A stretch of DNA of 64,000 nt from the NCBI GenBank assembly GCA_051882495.1, contig JBJERX010000108.1, positions 16,291 to 80,290 of the forward strand, written 5' to 3'. The DNA comes from Huintestinicola sp. Its GTDB lineage: Bacteria > Bacillota > Clostridia > Oscillospirales > Ruminococcaceae. The stretch's first letter is position 1; each line of letters starts with the position of its first letter. The notes under the pieces are model-generated. The model searched no databases and had not been told where the DNA came from. It saw nothing but the letters and a program-made list of their open reading frames with translations. Shown piece by piece: positions 39,496 through 48,564 of the stretch. The translations under genes were made by a program, and so were the position numbers.

Positions 39496-40014
39496 ATGAG
39501 AAATTCAAAGATGAAGGGCTTCACACTTATCGAGCTCATCGTTGTTATCGCAATCATCGGCGTACTCGCAGCTATCCTCGTACCTTCCATGATCGGCTAC
39601 GTTAAGGATTCCAAGTACTCCACAGCTAACTCCAATGCTAAGCTTTGCTACACATCCGCTGCTAACTGGTTCACAAAGTGCGATGCTAACGGCAAGTCCT
39701 GCACAATCGCTGAGAACACTTGGGTAGACGTTGATAACGCTACTCTCGGTTCAACAGTAAGCATTGATGATGTTGACTTCGATGGTACAAACCAGGCTGA
39801 CCTTCAGGATTGCCTCACAGCTCTCATGGGTGGTGCCGGAACAAAGTCCGGTTCTACATCTGTAAACATCGGCAAGTCCAATGGTCCTAAGTACACAAAC
39901 TGGACATCTGCTTCTACAGGTAGTACTGCTGTTATCATCGGTACATATCCCGTTGAGAACTCTGCTGCTAAGGATGCTTCCGCATCTATCGGCTGGCACG
40001 GCACAAGAACCTAA
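39496..40014 (+). CDS. pilA: Type IV pilin, probable major pilin
   Basis: MRNSKMKG|FTLIELIVVIAII; AGGAGG RBS; codon choice of a highly expressed gene (ttc, atc, gct, aac); strong terminator follows. Confidence 0.85.
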   Translation: MRNSKMKGFTLIELIVVIAIIGVLAAILVPSMIGYVKDSKYSTANSNAKLCYTSAANWFTKCDANGKSCTIAENTWVDVDNATLGSTVSIDDVDFDGTNQADLQDCLTALMGGAGTKSGSTSVNIGKSNGPKYTNWTSASTGSTAVIIGTYPVENSAAKDASASIGWHGTRT

Positions 40015-40051
40015 TCTTATTTAAGATTACGATTCTAAAGCTTAAATGATC

Positions 40052-40086
40052 AGCTCCCTATCGGATTTCCGATAGGGAGCTTTTTT
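40052..40086 (+). terminator. Intrinsic terminator of the pilin transcript
   Basis: agctccctatcgga/tccgatagggagct followed by a T tract. Confidence 0.85.
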
Positions 40087-40178
40087 CGTTGAATAAGGCT
40101 TTTGGCTTGACTATTTAATAAAGATATGGTAAATTAGTATTAGAGTTTCATTGCAGGATAATGCTGAGGAGTGCTAAA

Positions 40179-41144
40179 ATGAAAAAGGGACAGAGCATGA
40201 GGAAACGAATTTTTGATATTATTCAGATAGGCAGCAAGGGAGACTTCCCCAGCGTCGCTTTTGATATGTTTATTGTGACTGTTATAATCCTGAATATTCT
40301 TGTTATGTTCCTGGAGACATATGCTGAGCTTGCTCCCTTATATCATGCTTTCAAAATAATCGAGGCGGTCACGGTAGGTGTTTTCTGCATTGAGTACGCA
40401 CTACGCATCTGGACGGCGGATTTTTTATATCCGGATGAGAAAAAGGGCAGGGCAAGGCTGAAATTCCTCGTTTCTTTTGACGGGATAATTGACCTTCTTA
40501 CAATACTTCCCTTCTTTTTCCTGTCCGGCTTCATCGTGTTCAGAATGCTTAGAGTCGTGCGTATTTTTCATCTGTTCCGTATAAATGCCCAGTATGATTC
40601 CTTTCATATCATTACAACAGTTCTTAAAGAAAAGAAAAATCAGATCATATCATCTGTGTTCATAATAATCATACTGATGCTTGCATCCTCTCTTGGCATC
40701 TACCATGCGGAGCATGACGCACAGCCCGATGTATTCAGAAATGCTTTTTCGGGGATATGGTGGAGCATGGCAACGCTGCTCACCGTCGGATATGGTGATA
40801 TATACCCGGTTACGGTAATCGGCAGACTTATGGGAATATGTATTGCTTTTCTTGGTGTGGGTGTTGTTGCCATACCTACAGGTATTATCAGTGCCGGCTT
40901 TGTGGAGCAGTATACAGCAAAACAGCATTCCGACAAGAAATTCCGTGATATCAAGAATATAGGCGAGATATTAATAGATGGAGCGTCCGAGCTTCTCGGT
41001 CTGTGCGTTGGTGATGTGCAGAAGAATTACAGTATGAGAATAATGATGGTCATTCGTGGGGAGCTTACTGTACTGCCGTCGGAGAATCTTGCCTTGCAGG
41101 AGAATGATATAATAATTGTGGATTCGGAGCGTCTTGTTGAATAA
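40179..41144 (+). CDS. Voltage-gated-type K+ channel (ion transport protein) with C-terminal TrkA_C/RCK_C-like domain
   Basis: S4-like FRMLRVVRIFHLFRI; selectivity filter TVGYGD; C-terminal MVIRGELTVLP..LQENDIII. Confidence 0.85.
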   Translation: MKKGQSMRKRIFDIIQIGSKGDFPSVAFDMFIVTVIILNILVMFLETYAELAPLYHAFKIIEAVTVGVFCIEYALRIWTADFLYPDEKKGRARLKFLVSFDGIIDLLTILPFFFLSGFIVFRMLRVVRIFHLFRINAQYDSFHIITTVLKEKKNQIISSVFIIIILMLASSLGIYHAEHDAQPDVFRNAFSGIWWSMATLLTVGYGDIYPVTVIGRLMGICIAFLGVGVVAIPTGIISAGFVEQYTAKQHSDKKFRDIKNIGEILIDGASELLGLCVGDVQKNYSMRIMMVIRGELTVLPSENLALQENDIIIVDSERLVE

Positions 41145-41149
41145 AAGAA

Positions 41150-41174
41150 AAAACGGTATTACGCATACCGTTTT
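41150..41174. repeat. 25-bp target-site duplication, left copy (itself a terminator hairpin)
   Basis: aaaacggtattacgcataccgtttt, identical to 41509-41533. Confidence 0.9.
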
Positions 41175-41508
41175 CAGTCTGTCGAAAAACTCGCTTAGTG
41201 AAACAACTCCTCAAAAGTAGGCGGAGTTAAAGTTTCGCTGGGTCCTTTTCAAAGGCTTGCGGGTTTCCAAAGGGCAGGACCCTTTGGTTGCCGTCCGCAG
41301 ACGGCGAAATCCCCTTTCCTTCAAAAAACGGAGAGAGGGGTGAGAAATGCGACAGCATTTCGAGGGTAGGCGTACAAGACCGCCTCCCCTTCTTTCCTTT
41401 TCCTCAACATTTCCCTTCAAAACGTTCCGGTGGAACGTTTTGAAAGAAGCAAACTTTGTCCGGGATTCATGCACAATTACCGATTTCCGATTCTTTTTCA
41501 ACAGATTG
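41175..41508. mobile_element. 334-bp non-autonomous MITE, IS1182-like ends
   Basis: Terminal inverted repeats cagtctgtcgaaaaa / tttttcaacagattg (13 of 15 match); 25-bp flanking direct repeat; several internal hairpins; no credible ORF. Confidence 0.8.
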
Positions 41509-41533
41509 AAAACGGTATTACGCATACCGTTTT
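41509..41533. repeat. 25-bp target-site duplication, right copy
   Basis: Exact copy of 41150-41174. Confidence 0.9.
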
Positions 41534-41553
41534 TTGATATTTCTGAAACTATA

Positions 41554-42825
41554 TCATAACCTGTCAATCACAGCCTGTGCAGCGATATATATTGTGTGCT
41601 CATCGGCGTTGATAAGTCTGCCGTTTTCCAGAACGGGCTTTCCGTCAATGATCACTGTATCAACTTCGCTGCCGTTTGCAGAGTATACAAGTGCTGCTGC
41701 AAGGTCATTTCTGGGATAGAACTGTGGCTTTTCGATATCTAGGATAGCGATATCCGCAATATATCCCTCCTTGATAAGTCCAAGATCTGCGATTCCAAGA
41801 GCCTTTGCTCCGTTAACGGTTGCCATTTTCAGCACTTCTCTTGCGGAAACGTCTGTGGGAATACCTGTCATGCCCTTGTGGATAAGTGCGGCGGTATTCA
41901 TGTCCGAGAACATATTGTTTGTATTGTTGGATGCCTGTGAATCCGTTCCCATGCAGACATTTACTCCCGCCTCAATAAGCTTAGGTATGGGTGCAAAGCC
42001 GTTTGCAAGCTTAAGATTGCTCTTGGGATTATGGATAACACTGACGTTTTTCTCCGCAAGTATCTCAATATCATGGTCGGAAAGATGCACGCAGTGAGCT
42101 GCAGCTGTTGGGATATCGAAAAATCCCATACTGTTCAGATATTCAACGGGGGAGCAGCCGTGCTCCTTGATGCAGCTTTCCACCTCATTCCTTGTTTCGG
42201 AAAGATGGATGTGGAACGTCATGCCCAGCTCATGTGCCTTTTCTACAAGGAAACGCAGATACTTTTCTCCGCAGGTGTAAATAGCATGAGGACCAAGCTT
42301 GAAGCTGAAACGGCTGTTATCTGCATATGCTTCTGCTTCATCAAGCTGCTCATTCAGACGTCGGATCCCTCCCTCGTCATTTTCATCGGAACCTACAAGG
42401 CCTCGGGACATTACACCGCGCATGCCAAGCTTATCCGCTGCGGCAATGGTCATTTTGGGGAACATATGCATATCCATAAAGCAGGTAGTTCCCGATTTCA
42501 GCATCTCCGCAAAGGTGAGCATGGCTCCGTTATAGGCGTCCTCACCTGTAAGCATGTCCTCACGGGGCATGATGCTCTTGAAAAGCCATTCGTCAAAGGT
42601 CAGATCGTCCGCAAGGTTTCGGAATACGGACATATATGTATGGGTATGGCAGTTTATCAGTCCGGGAATGGCAAGCTTTCCGTCTCCGCAGATGACCTTG
42701 TCAGCTGTGAATCCCCCGGGAGCTGTGCCGATAGAAGCTATCCTTCCCTCCGAGATGAAAATGTCACCCCGTGCGATATTGAAGGTTTCATCGGTATAGT
42801 TAATATTGCTGAGCAGAATATTCAT
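41554..42825 (-). CDS. mtaD: 5'-methylthioadenosine/S-adenosylhomocysteine deaminase
   Basis: PGLINCHTH, HIHLSET, AAAHCV, HNPKSNLKLANG, GTDSQASNN; start set at MNILL (GAGGA RBS). Confidence 0.8.
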   Translation of the reverse strand: MNILLSNINYTDETFNIARGDIFISEGRIASIGTAPGGFTADKVICGDGKLAIPGLINCHTHTYMSVFRNLADDLTFDEWLFKSIMPREDMLTGEDAYNGAMLTFAEMLKSGTTCFMDMHMFPKMTIAAADKLGMRGVMSRGLVGSDENDEGGIRRLNEQLDEAEAYADNSRFSFKLGPHAIYTCGEKYLRFLVEKAHELGMTFHIHLSETRNEVESCIKEHGCSPVEYLNSMGFFDIPTAAAHCVHLSDHDIEILAEKNVSVIHNPKSNLKLANGFAPIPKLIEAGVNVCMGTDSQASNNTNNMFSDMNTAALIHKGMTGIPTDVSAREVLKMATVNGAKALGIADLGLIKEGYIADIAILDIEKPQFYPRNDLAAALVYSANGSEVDTVIIDGKPVLENGRLINADEHTIYIAAQAVIDRL

Positions 42826-42857
42826 TTTATCAGTCCTCATTTTATTAGTATGGTCAT

Positions 42858-42886
42858 ATTATACCATAGGTTTGTGTTTAAGTCAA
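42858..42886 (-). promoter_or_regulatory. Sigma-A promoter of mtaD
   Basis: Minus strand TTGACT-17 bp-TATAAT. Confidence 0.65.
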
Positions 42887-42893
42887 TGCAAAA

Positions 42894-42923
42894 TAAAAGC
42901 CGATGCAGCAATGTGCATCGGCT
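42894..42923 (-). terminator. Terminator of the minus-strand pilin
   Basis: agccgatgca/tgcatcggct stem with a T tract on the minus strand. Confidence 0.7.
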
Positions 42924-42942
42924 CTTGATGTTGATTGATAGG

Positions 42943-43458
42943 TTATCGTGATCTGCCCCATACCAGAGGAGAAGACTTATCCTTTGAAGCGGAATTCTCC
43001 ACAGGATAGTTTCCGATTATGGTGTGGTCCTGTGTAGCTGACCACTGGGCGAAGGTTACTCCGTTTTTGGGGTCCATATCAATATAAACTGTACCGGAAC
43101 GAACACCGGCACCGTTGCCCATATATACTATCAGGTTAGTTGTCAGGTCATTAACTGTTCCGTCAAAGGCGATGTCCTCATACACGTTGCCCTGATATCC
43201 CAGTGAACCTGCAATGTTTCCCAGGGGGATAGTTACAGCTAAACGCTGCGAGGGATTATTTCCTGTGTTGTCACACTGTGTGAACCAATTCATAGATGTA
43301 GAATATGCAAGCTTTGCGTTTGTATTGGCTGTGGAGTATTTGGAATCCTTGACATATCCTATCATTGTGGGAACAAGGATAGCTGCCAGAACACCGACTA
43401 TGGCAATTACAACGATCAGTTCAATAAGAGTAAAACCTTTGAAGCGGGTATTTTTCAT
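42943..43458 (-). CDS. Type IV pilin, paralog of the 39496 pilin
   Basis: MKNTRFKG|FTLIE; first 44 mature residues are 40/44 identical to the 39496 pilin; shared C-terminal IIGxYPVENSAxKD motif. Confidence 0.9.
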   Translation of the reverse strand: MKNTRFKGFTLIELIVVIAIVGVLAAILVPTMIGYVKDSKYSTANTNAKLAYSTSMNWFTQCDNTGNNPSQRLAVTIPLGNIAGSLGYQGNVYEDIAFDGTVNDLTTNLIVYMGNGAGVRSGTVYIDMDPKNGVTFAQWSATQDHTIIGNYPVENSASKDKSSPLVWGRSR

Positions 43459-43694
43459 AGAAATCCCTCCTTGAAATATTAGGACTGTGCGGTAACGTAA
43501 ATATATCTCTTATACGTTTAAGTATATTATATACAACATCTATCGACAAGTCAATAGATTTACGGAAATTTGATGTATAATTTTATGAATGTTTTTTGTG
43601 TAATTTTTGTAATAATGTATAATTTCTATATATTTACAGCAGATCGACCCGTGGTAAGACATAGGTGTCATCGGTACAAAATTTTGATTACCTC

Positions 43695-43723
43695 TTGCCA
43701 TACGGAGAATTTGCATGTATAAT
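43695..43723 (+). promoter_or_regulatory. Sigma-A promoter of ahcY
   Basis: TTGCCA-17 bp-TATAAT. Confidence 0.6.
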
Positions 43724-43773
43724 ATATATACAGAAATATATCTACAGATGTTTATCGAAAGGATGTTTTATTT

Positions 43774-45021
43774 ATGTCAGCAAGCGAAATAAGAAATCCC
43801 GATCTATGGGAGAGCGGTGCAAGAAAGATACAGTGGGTAAAGCAGAATATGCCCCTCCTTCGCTCCCTTGAAAAGGAATTTTCCGAAGAGAAGCCCTTTG
43901 CAGGCCTTAAGATAGCTCTTTCCGTACACCTTGAAGCTAAGACAGCTTATCTCTGCAAGGTGCTTGCAGCAGGAGGTGCGGATATGTATGTTACAGGCTC
44001 CAATCCCCTTTCCACACAGGATGATGTTGCTGCGGCTCTTGTTCATGACGGACTTAAGGTTTTTGCATGGTATGACGCTACCGATGAGGAGTATCACCGC
44101 CATATCAGCCGTGTTATTGAAGCAGGACCCAATATTATTATAGATGATGGCGGCGATCTTGTGCATCTTATCCACACAGAATATACCGAGCTTATTCCCG
44201 GTGTTATCGGCGGATGCGAGGAGACCACTACAGGTATAATCCGTCTTATCGCCATGAACAGGGAGGATCAGCTTAAATTCCCTATGGTTCTTGTAAATAA
44301 TGCAGACTGCAAGCATCTTTTCGACAACCGTTACGGCACAGGTCAGTCTGTATGGGACGGCATCAACCGTACAACCAACCTTATCGTTGCAGGAAAGAAT
44401 GTGGTGGTTGCGGGTTACGGCTGGTGCGGCAAGGGCGTCGCAATGAGAGCCAAGGGCTTTGGTGCAGATGTTATCATTACTGAGGTTGACCCCATTAAGG
44501 CTATGGAAGCAGTTATGGACGGGTTCAAGGTCATGAAGATGGAGGAAGCAGCTCGTATCGGTGATTTCTTTATTACAGTTACAGGCTGCGAAGGCGTTAT
44601 TACGGAGAAGTGCTTCGAGGTCATGAAGAATGGTGCTATATGCTGCAACGCAGGTCATTTTGACTGCGAGGTAGACGTTGCATGGCTCCGTGAGAATGCG
44701 GTGGAATCCTGGACTGCACGAAACAATATCATGGGCTACAAGCTTGGTAACGGCAGAAGCATATATGTTATCGCTGAGGGCAGACTTGTGAATCTTGCTG
44801 CAGGCGATGGTCATCCCGCAGAGATAATGGATATGTCCTTTGCTGTACAGGCAATGAGTGCAAGATATATCGTTAAGAACAAGGATAAGCTTGACAGCAT
44901 GATAATTGATGTTCCCCGTGAGGTGGATGCAGAGATAGCAAAACGCAAGCTGAATGCATGGGGTATCGAGATAGATGCACTTACTCCCGAGCAGGAAGCA
45001 TATCTTAACGCAGGACTTTAA
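43774..45021 (+). CDS. ahcY: Adenosylhomocysteinase (short, 415-aa type)
   Basis: VHLEAKTA, GSNPLSTQD, DDGGD, EETTTG, KHLFDNRYGTGQS, GYGWCGKG, EGRLVNL, GHPAEIMDMSF. Confidence 0.95.
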   Translation: MSASEIRNPDLWESGARKIQWVKQNMPLLRSLEKEFSEEKPFAGLKIALSVHLEAKTAYLCKVLAAGGADMYVTGSNPLSTQDDVAAALVHDGLKVFAWYDATDEEYHRHISRVIEAGPNIIIDDGGDLVHLIHTEYTELIPGVIGGCEETTTGIIRLIAMNREDQLKFPMVLVNNADCKHLFDNRYGTGQSVWDGINRTTNLIVAGKNVVVAGYGWCGKGVAMRAKGFGADVIITEVDPIKAMEAVMDGFKVMKMEEAARIGDFFITVTGCEGVITEKCFEVMKNGAICCNAGHFDCEVDVAWLRENAVESWTARNNIMGYKLGNGRSIYVIAEGRLVNLAAGDGHPAEIMDMSFAVQAMSARYIVKNKDKLDSMIIDVPREVDAEIAKRKLNAWGIEIDALTPEQEAYLNAGL

Positions 45022-45044
45022 TTCATATATACAGGTGAAGCAAT

Positions 45045-46250
45045 ATGCAGGAAAAAAATCGAAGCTCACAGAAGCAGGGCAGTGCTGCAAAGACTGCAGA
45101 GAAAAAAACTGAGGAGCGTATCTGCGGTATATATAAGAAATGCAGCGGATGTCAGCTGAGAAATATGTCTCATGAGGAACAGCTGCGTTTCAAGCAGGTC
45201 AAGGTCGAAAGGCTTATGGGAAAGATATGCCGTCCCGAGGGGATAATCGGCATGGATGACCCGTACAACTATCGCTGCAAGGTACAGTGCGTATTCGATT
45301 TCCGCAGCGGAAAGGCCGTTTCGGGAGTGTATCAGTCTGCAAACGGCTCTGTTGCGGCAACAGATGATTGTCTGCTCAATGACAAAAGGGCAAACGAGAT
45401 AGCGGCAGAGATCAGAAGGTTGGCTGTTAAGATGAAAATATCCGTATATTCATCCTTCAGCGGCTCGGGCTTTCTCCGCAGCGTCATGATAAGAAAGGCA
45501 CATAAGACAGGAGAGATACTCTGCGTTATCAATGGCACAGCCTCCGATTTCCCCCGGAAGCATGCTTTTTCAGAGGCACTCCGGGAGAAGTGCCCCGATA
45601 TAACATCGGCAGTATTCGGAGCGTCATCACCTGACAGGATAATGCCTGCGGACAGATATGAGGTGCTTTTCGGCAGGGGATATATTGAGGATATTATCTG
45701 CGGCAAGCGGTTCAGGATATCGCCGAAGTCATTCTGCCAGGTGAATCCGTCACAGGCTGAGATACTTTACAGCACAGCAATGAAGTATGCTAAGCTTACT
45801 AAGGATGATACGGTAATAGACGCATACTGCGGTATAGGAACCCTTACACTTATGGCTGCGGAGAGAGCGGGCAAGGTGTATGGCTGTGAGATAAACCGTG
45901 CAGCAGTCAATGACGCCATTATCAATGCAAAGCTTAACGGGGCGGAGAATGTTCAGTTCATCTGTGAGGATTCGGGAAAGTTTTTGGAGGAATTCAACGA
46001 CAGCGGATTAAAGGCTGACGCTGTAATACTTGACCCTGCAAGAGCGGGGGCTGACAGAAGATTCCTCAGCGAGCTTGTAAAGCTATCCCCTGAGAGAATA
46101 GTATATATATCATGCAATCCCGAGACACAGACGAGGGACGTGTTCTATCTTATCAAGAACGGGTATAAGGTAAGGAAGCTGACACCTGTAGATATGTTCC
46201 CGTTTACGAGTCACGTTGAAACGGTATGCTTATTGTCCAAGCAGAAGTGA
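45045..46250 (+). CDS. rlmD: 23S rRNA (uracil1939-C5)-methyltransferase
   Basis: CSGCQ 4Fe-4S motif, SFCQVN, DAYCGIG, LDPARAG, YISCNP, DMFPFTSHVE. Confidence 0.9.
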   Translation: MQEKNRSSQKQGSAAKTAEKKTEERICGIYKKCSGCQLRNMSHEEQLRFKQVKVERLMGKICRPEGIIGMDDPYNYRCKVQCVFDFRSGKAVSGVYQSANGSVAATDDCLLNDKRANEIAAEIRRLAVKMKISVYSSFSGSGFLRSVMIRKAHKTGEILCVINGTASDFPRKHAFSEALREKCPDITSAVFGASSPDRIMPADRYEVLFGRGYIEDIICGKRFRISPKSFCQVNPSQAEILYSTAMKYAKLTKDDTVIDAYCGIGTLTLMAAERAGKVYGCEINRAAVNDAIINAKLNGAENVQFICEDSGKFLEEFNDSGLKADAVILDPARAGADRRFLSELVKLSPERIVYISCNPETQTRDVFYLIKNGYKVRKLTPVDMFPFTSHVETVCLLSKQK

Positions 46251-46330
46251 TCGGATATGGGCATTGATGCGGTTTTTGTGAACAGGCTCCGGTCAATTCT
46301 TTATTATCCCAAAGGAAAGGGTGAAAATAA

Positions 46331-47203
46331 TTGAAAGGCATTATTCTTGCAGGCGGTAAAGGGACACGGCTTTACCCCAATACTATAGTTGTTTCAAAGC
46401 AGCTTCTTCCGATCTATGATAAGCCGCTTATCTATTATCCGTTATCGGTTCTTCTTCTGGCTGATATCAAGGAAATACTTCTTATCTCCACTCCCGAGGA
46501 TACTCCGAATTACAGGAAGCTCCTTGGAGATGGTTCACGGATTGGTATATCTATAGAATACAGGATACAGGAAAAACCACGTGGTCTTGCCGATGCGTTT
46601 ATTATCGGTGCGGATTTTATAGGCAATGACAGTGTATGCCTTGTTCTGGGGGATAATGTTTTCTACGGACAGTGCTTCTCTTCAATGCTCATGGACGCAC
46701 AACAGCAGATATGTAACGGAGGAGCAGCCATTTTTGGATATCCCGTTGCAAATCCCAGAGAGTTTGGTGTTGTGGAATTTGACAAAAACAACAAGGTTAT
46801 TTCCATTGAGGAAAAGCCTGCTGTTCCAAAGTCCAATTATGCTGTCCCGGGATTGTATTTCTATGATAATCACGTTGTTGAGATCGCCAAAAGCATCAAG
46901 CCATCTGCCAGAGGCGAGATAGAGATCACTTCCGTCAATAACTATTATCTTGAACACAATATGATGAACGTTACGCTCATGGGGCGAGGTATGGCATGGC
47001 TGGACACAGGCTCGCCAAAGGGCATGCTCAAGGCTGCGGAATTTGTCCGGACCGTTCAGGATATGCAGGGCTTTTATATTGCCTGCATAGAGGAGATCGC
47101 ATGGCGAAGAAGATTTATTACAACAGAGCAGCTTCACGCTATTGGCGAGGAGCTTAAAATGACCGAGTACGGAAAATATTTATTATCGCTTTCGGAGGAG
47201 TAA
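46331..47203 (+). CDS. rmlA: Glucose-1-phosphate thymidylyltransferase
   Basis: GIILAGGKGTRLYP, SKQLLPIYDKP, QEKPRGLA, SARGEIEITS, WLDTG. Confidence 0.95.
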   Translation: MKGIILAGGKGTRLYPNTIVVSKQLLPIYDKPLIYYPLSVLLLADIKEILLISTPEDTPNYRKLLGDGSRIGISIEYRIQEKPRGLADAFIIGADFIGNDSVCLVLGDNVFYGQCFSSMLMDAQQQICNGGAAIFGYPVANPREFGVVEFDKNNKVISIEEKPAVPKSNYAVPGLYFYDNHVVEIAKSIKPSARGEIEITSVNNYYLEHNMMNVTLMGRGMAWLDTGSPKGMLKAAEFVRTVQDMQGFYIACIEEIAWRRRFITTEQLHAIGEELKMTEYGKYLLSLSEE

Positions 47204-47205
47204 TT

Positions 47206-48225
47206 ATGACTATTATAGTAACAGGCGGAGCAGGCTTTATCGGAGGAAATTTCGTTCACTATATGCTGAAGAAATACCCCGATCACAGGGTGATCTGCGT
47301 TGACTGCCTGACCTATGCGGGAAATCCTGAGACTCTTGCTCCTGTTATGAATAACCCGAGCTTCCGCTTCTGCAAGGTGGATATCACCGACAGAGAGGCT
47401 GTGAACAAGGTGTTTGAAGAGGAAAAGCCTGATATCGTTGTCAATTTTGCTGCGGAAAGCCACGTTGACCGTTCCATTGAGGATCCCGGAGTTTTCCTGA
47501 CTACCAACATCATCGGTACTCAGGTAATGATGGATGCCTGCCGCAAATACGGTATAAAGAGATATCATCAGGTTTCCACCGACGAGGTATACGGCGATCT
47601 TCCTCTTGACCGCCCCGACCTTTTCTTCACCGAGGAAACTCCCATACATACCTCAAGCCCTTACAGTGCATCAAAGGCAAGTGCCGATCTGCTTGTCCTT
47701 GCGTATCACAGGACATACGAACTGCCTGTGACAATTTCACGCTGCTCCAATAACTATGGTCCATATCATTTTCCCGAGAAGCTTATCCCCCTTATGATAG
47801 CAAATGCACTGCATGACAAGCCGCTGCCTGTTTACGGCAAGGGTGAGAATGTGCGTGACTGGCTGTATGTTGAGGACCACTGTAAAGCTATCGACCTAAT
47901 TATCCACAAGGGCAGAGAAGGGGAGGTCTACAATATCGGCGGTCATAACGAGATGAAAAATATTGATATTGTTAAGATGATCGTCAAGGCTCTCGGGAAA
48001 AGCGAGGATCTTATTACCTTTGTGGCTGACAGAAAAGGTCACGATAGGCGTTACGCCATTGACCCCACAAAGATACATACCGAGCTGGGATGGCTCCCCG
48101 AAACAAAATTTGAGGATGGTATTCAGAAAACTATCAGCTGGTATCTTGACAACAGAGAATGGTGGGAGCATATCATTAATGGCGAATATAAGGAATACTA
48201 TAAAAAAATGTATAGCTGCAGGTAA
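47206..48225 (+). CDS. rmlB: dTDP-glucose 4,6-dehydratase
   Basis: VTGGAGFIG, AAESHVDRSI, STDEVYG, YSASKA, NNYGPYHFPEKLIP, GHDRRY. Confidence 0.95.
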   Translation: MTIIVTGGAGFIGGNFVHYMLKKYPDHRVICVDCLTYAGNPETLAPVMNNPSFRFCKVDITDREAVNKVFEEEKPDIVVNFAAESHVDRSIEDPGVFLTTNIIGTQVMMDACRKYGIKRYHQVSTDEVYGDLPLDRPDLFFTEETPIHTSSPYSASKASADLLVLAYHRTYELPVTISRCSNNYGPYHFPEKLIPLMIANALHDKPLPVYGKGENVRDWLYVEDHCKAIDLIIHKGREGEVYNIGGHNEMKNIDIVKMIVKALGKSEDLITFVADRKGHDRRYAIDPTKIHTELGWLPETKFEDGIQKTISWYLDNREWWEHIINGEYKEYYKKMYSCR

Positions 48226-48334
48226 GGCCGCACCCTGTCTGCAGCACGTTATTAAGTATCAATTAAGATAAAACGCAAAGCAGAAGGAGACGACACTGAT
48301 TTCCTCCTCTCTGCAGCTTTTTTTTGAATATGGG

Positions 48335-48363
48335 TTGACTTTTTTTGCGGATTAGTATATAAT
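48335..48363 (+). promoter_or_regulatory. Sigma-A promoter of the CDP-sugar operon
   Basis: TTGACT-17 bp-TATAAT, ~200 nt upstream of rfbF. Confidence 0.7.
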
Positions 48364-48564
48364 AAAATCGAGTATTATTGTTTAACGCTAAGTTCAAATC
48401 GTTTAATAGACAGATCCGGCAGAAGAGAAGCTGATTGTTTGCCTTATCCGTTTTATCCTTGGCGGCTTATGTTGAGTTCCGGAATTATGGTAATTCCGTT
48501 CCGATAATTATGATGATGGTGGTTTGCAAAGACCCAAAAAAATAACAGTAGGGAGATAAAAATT

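Noticed and set aside
41211-41567. 118-aa ORF across the MITE as a transposase remnant
   Set aside because: No DDE or HTH features; the frame crosses the element boundary and is likely spurious.
39496-43458. Moraxella-type pilin inversion switch between the two inverted pilin paralogs
   Set aside because: The geometry fits, but the 5' constant regions differ at many synonymous sites (longest exact matches only about 11 bp) and no invertase is in the window.
46195-46330. ICE/prophage attachment at the rlmD 3' end
   Set aside because: No integrase, no second att copy and no conjugation genes in the window.
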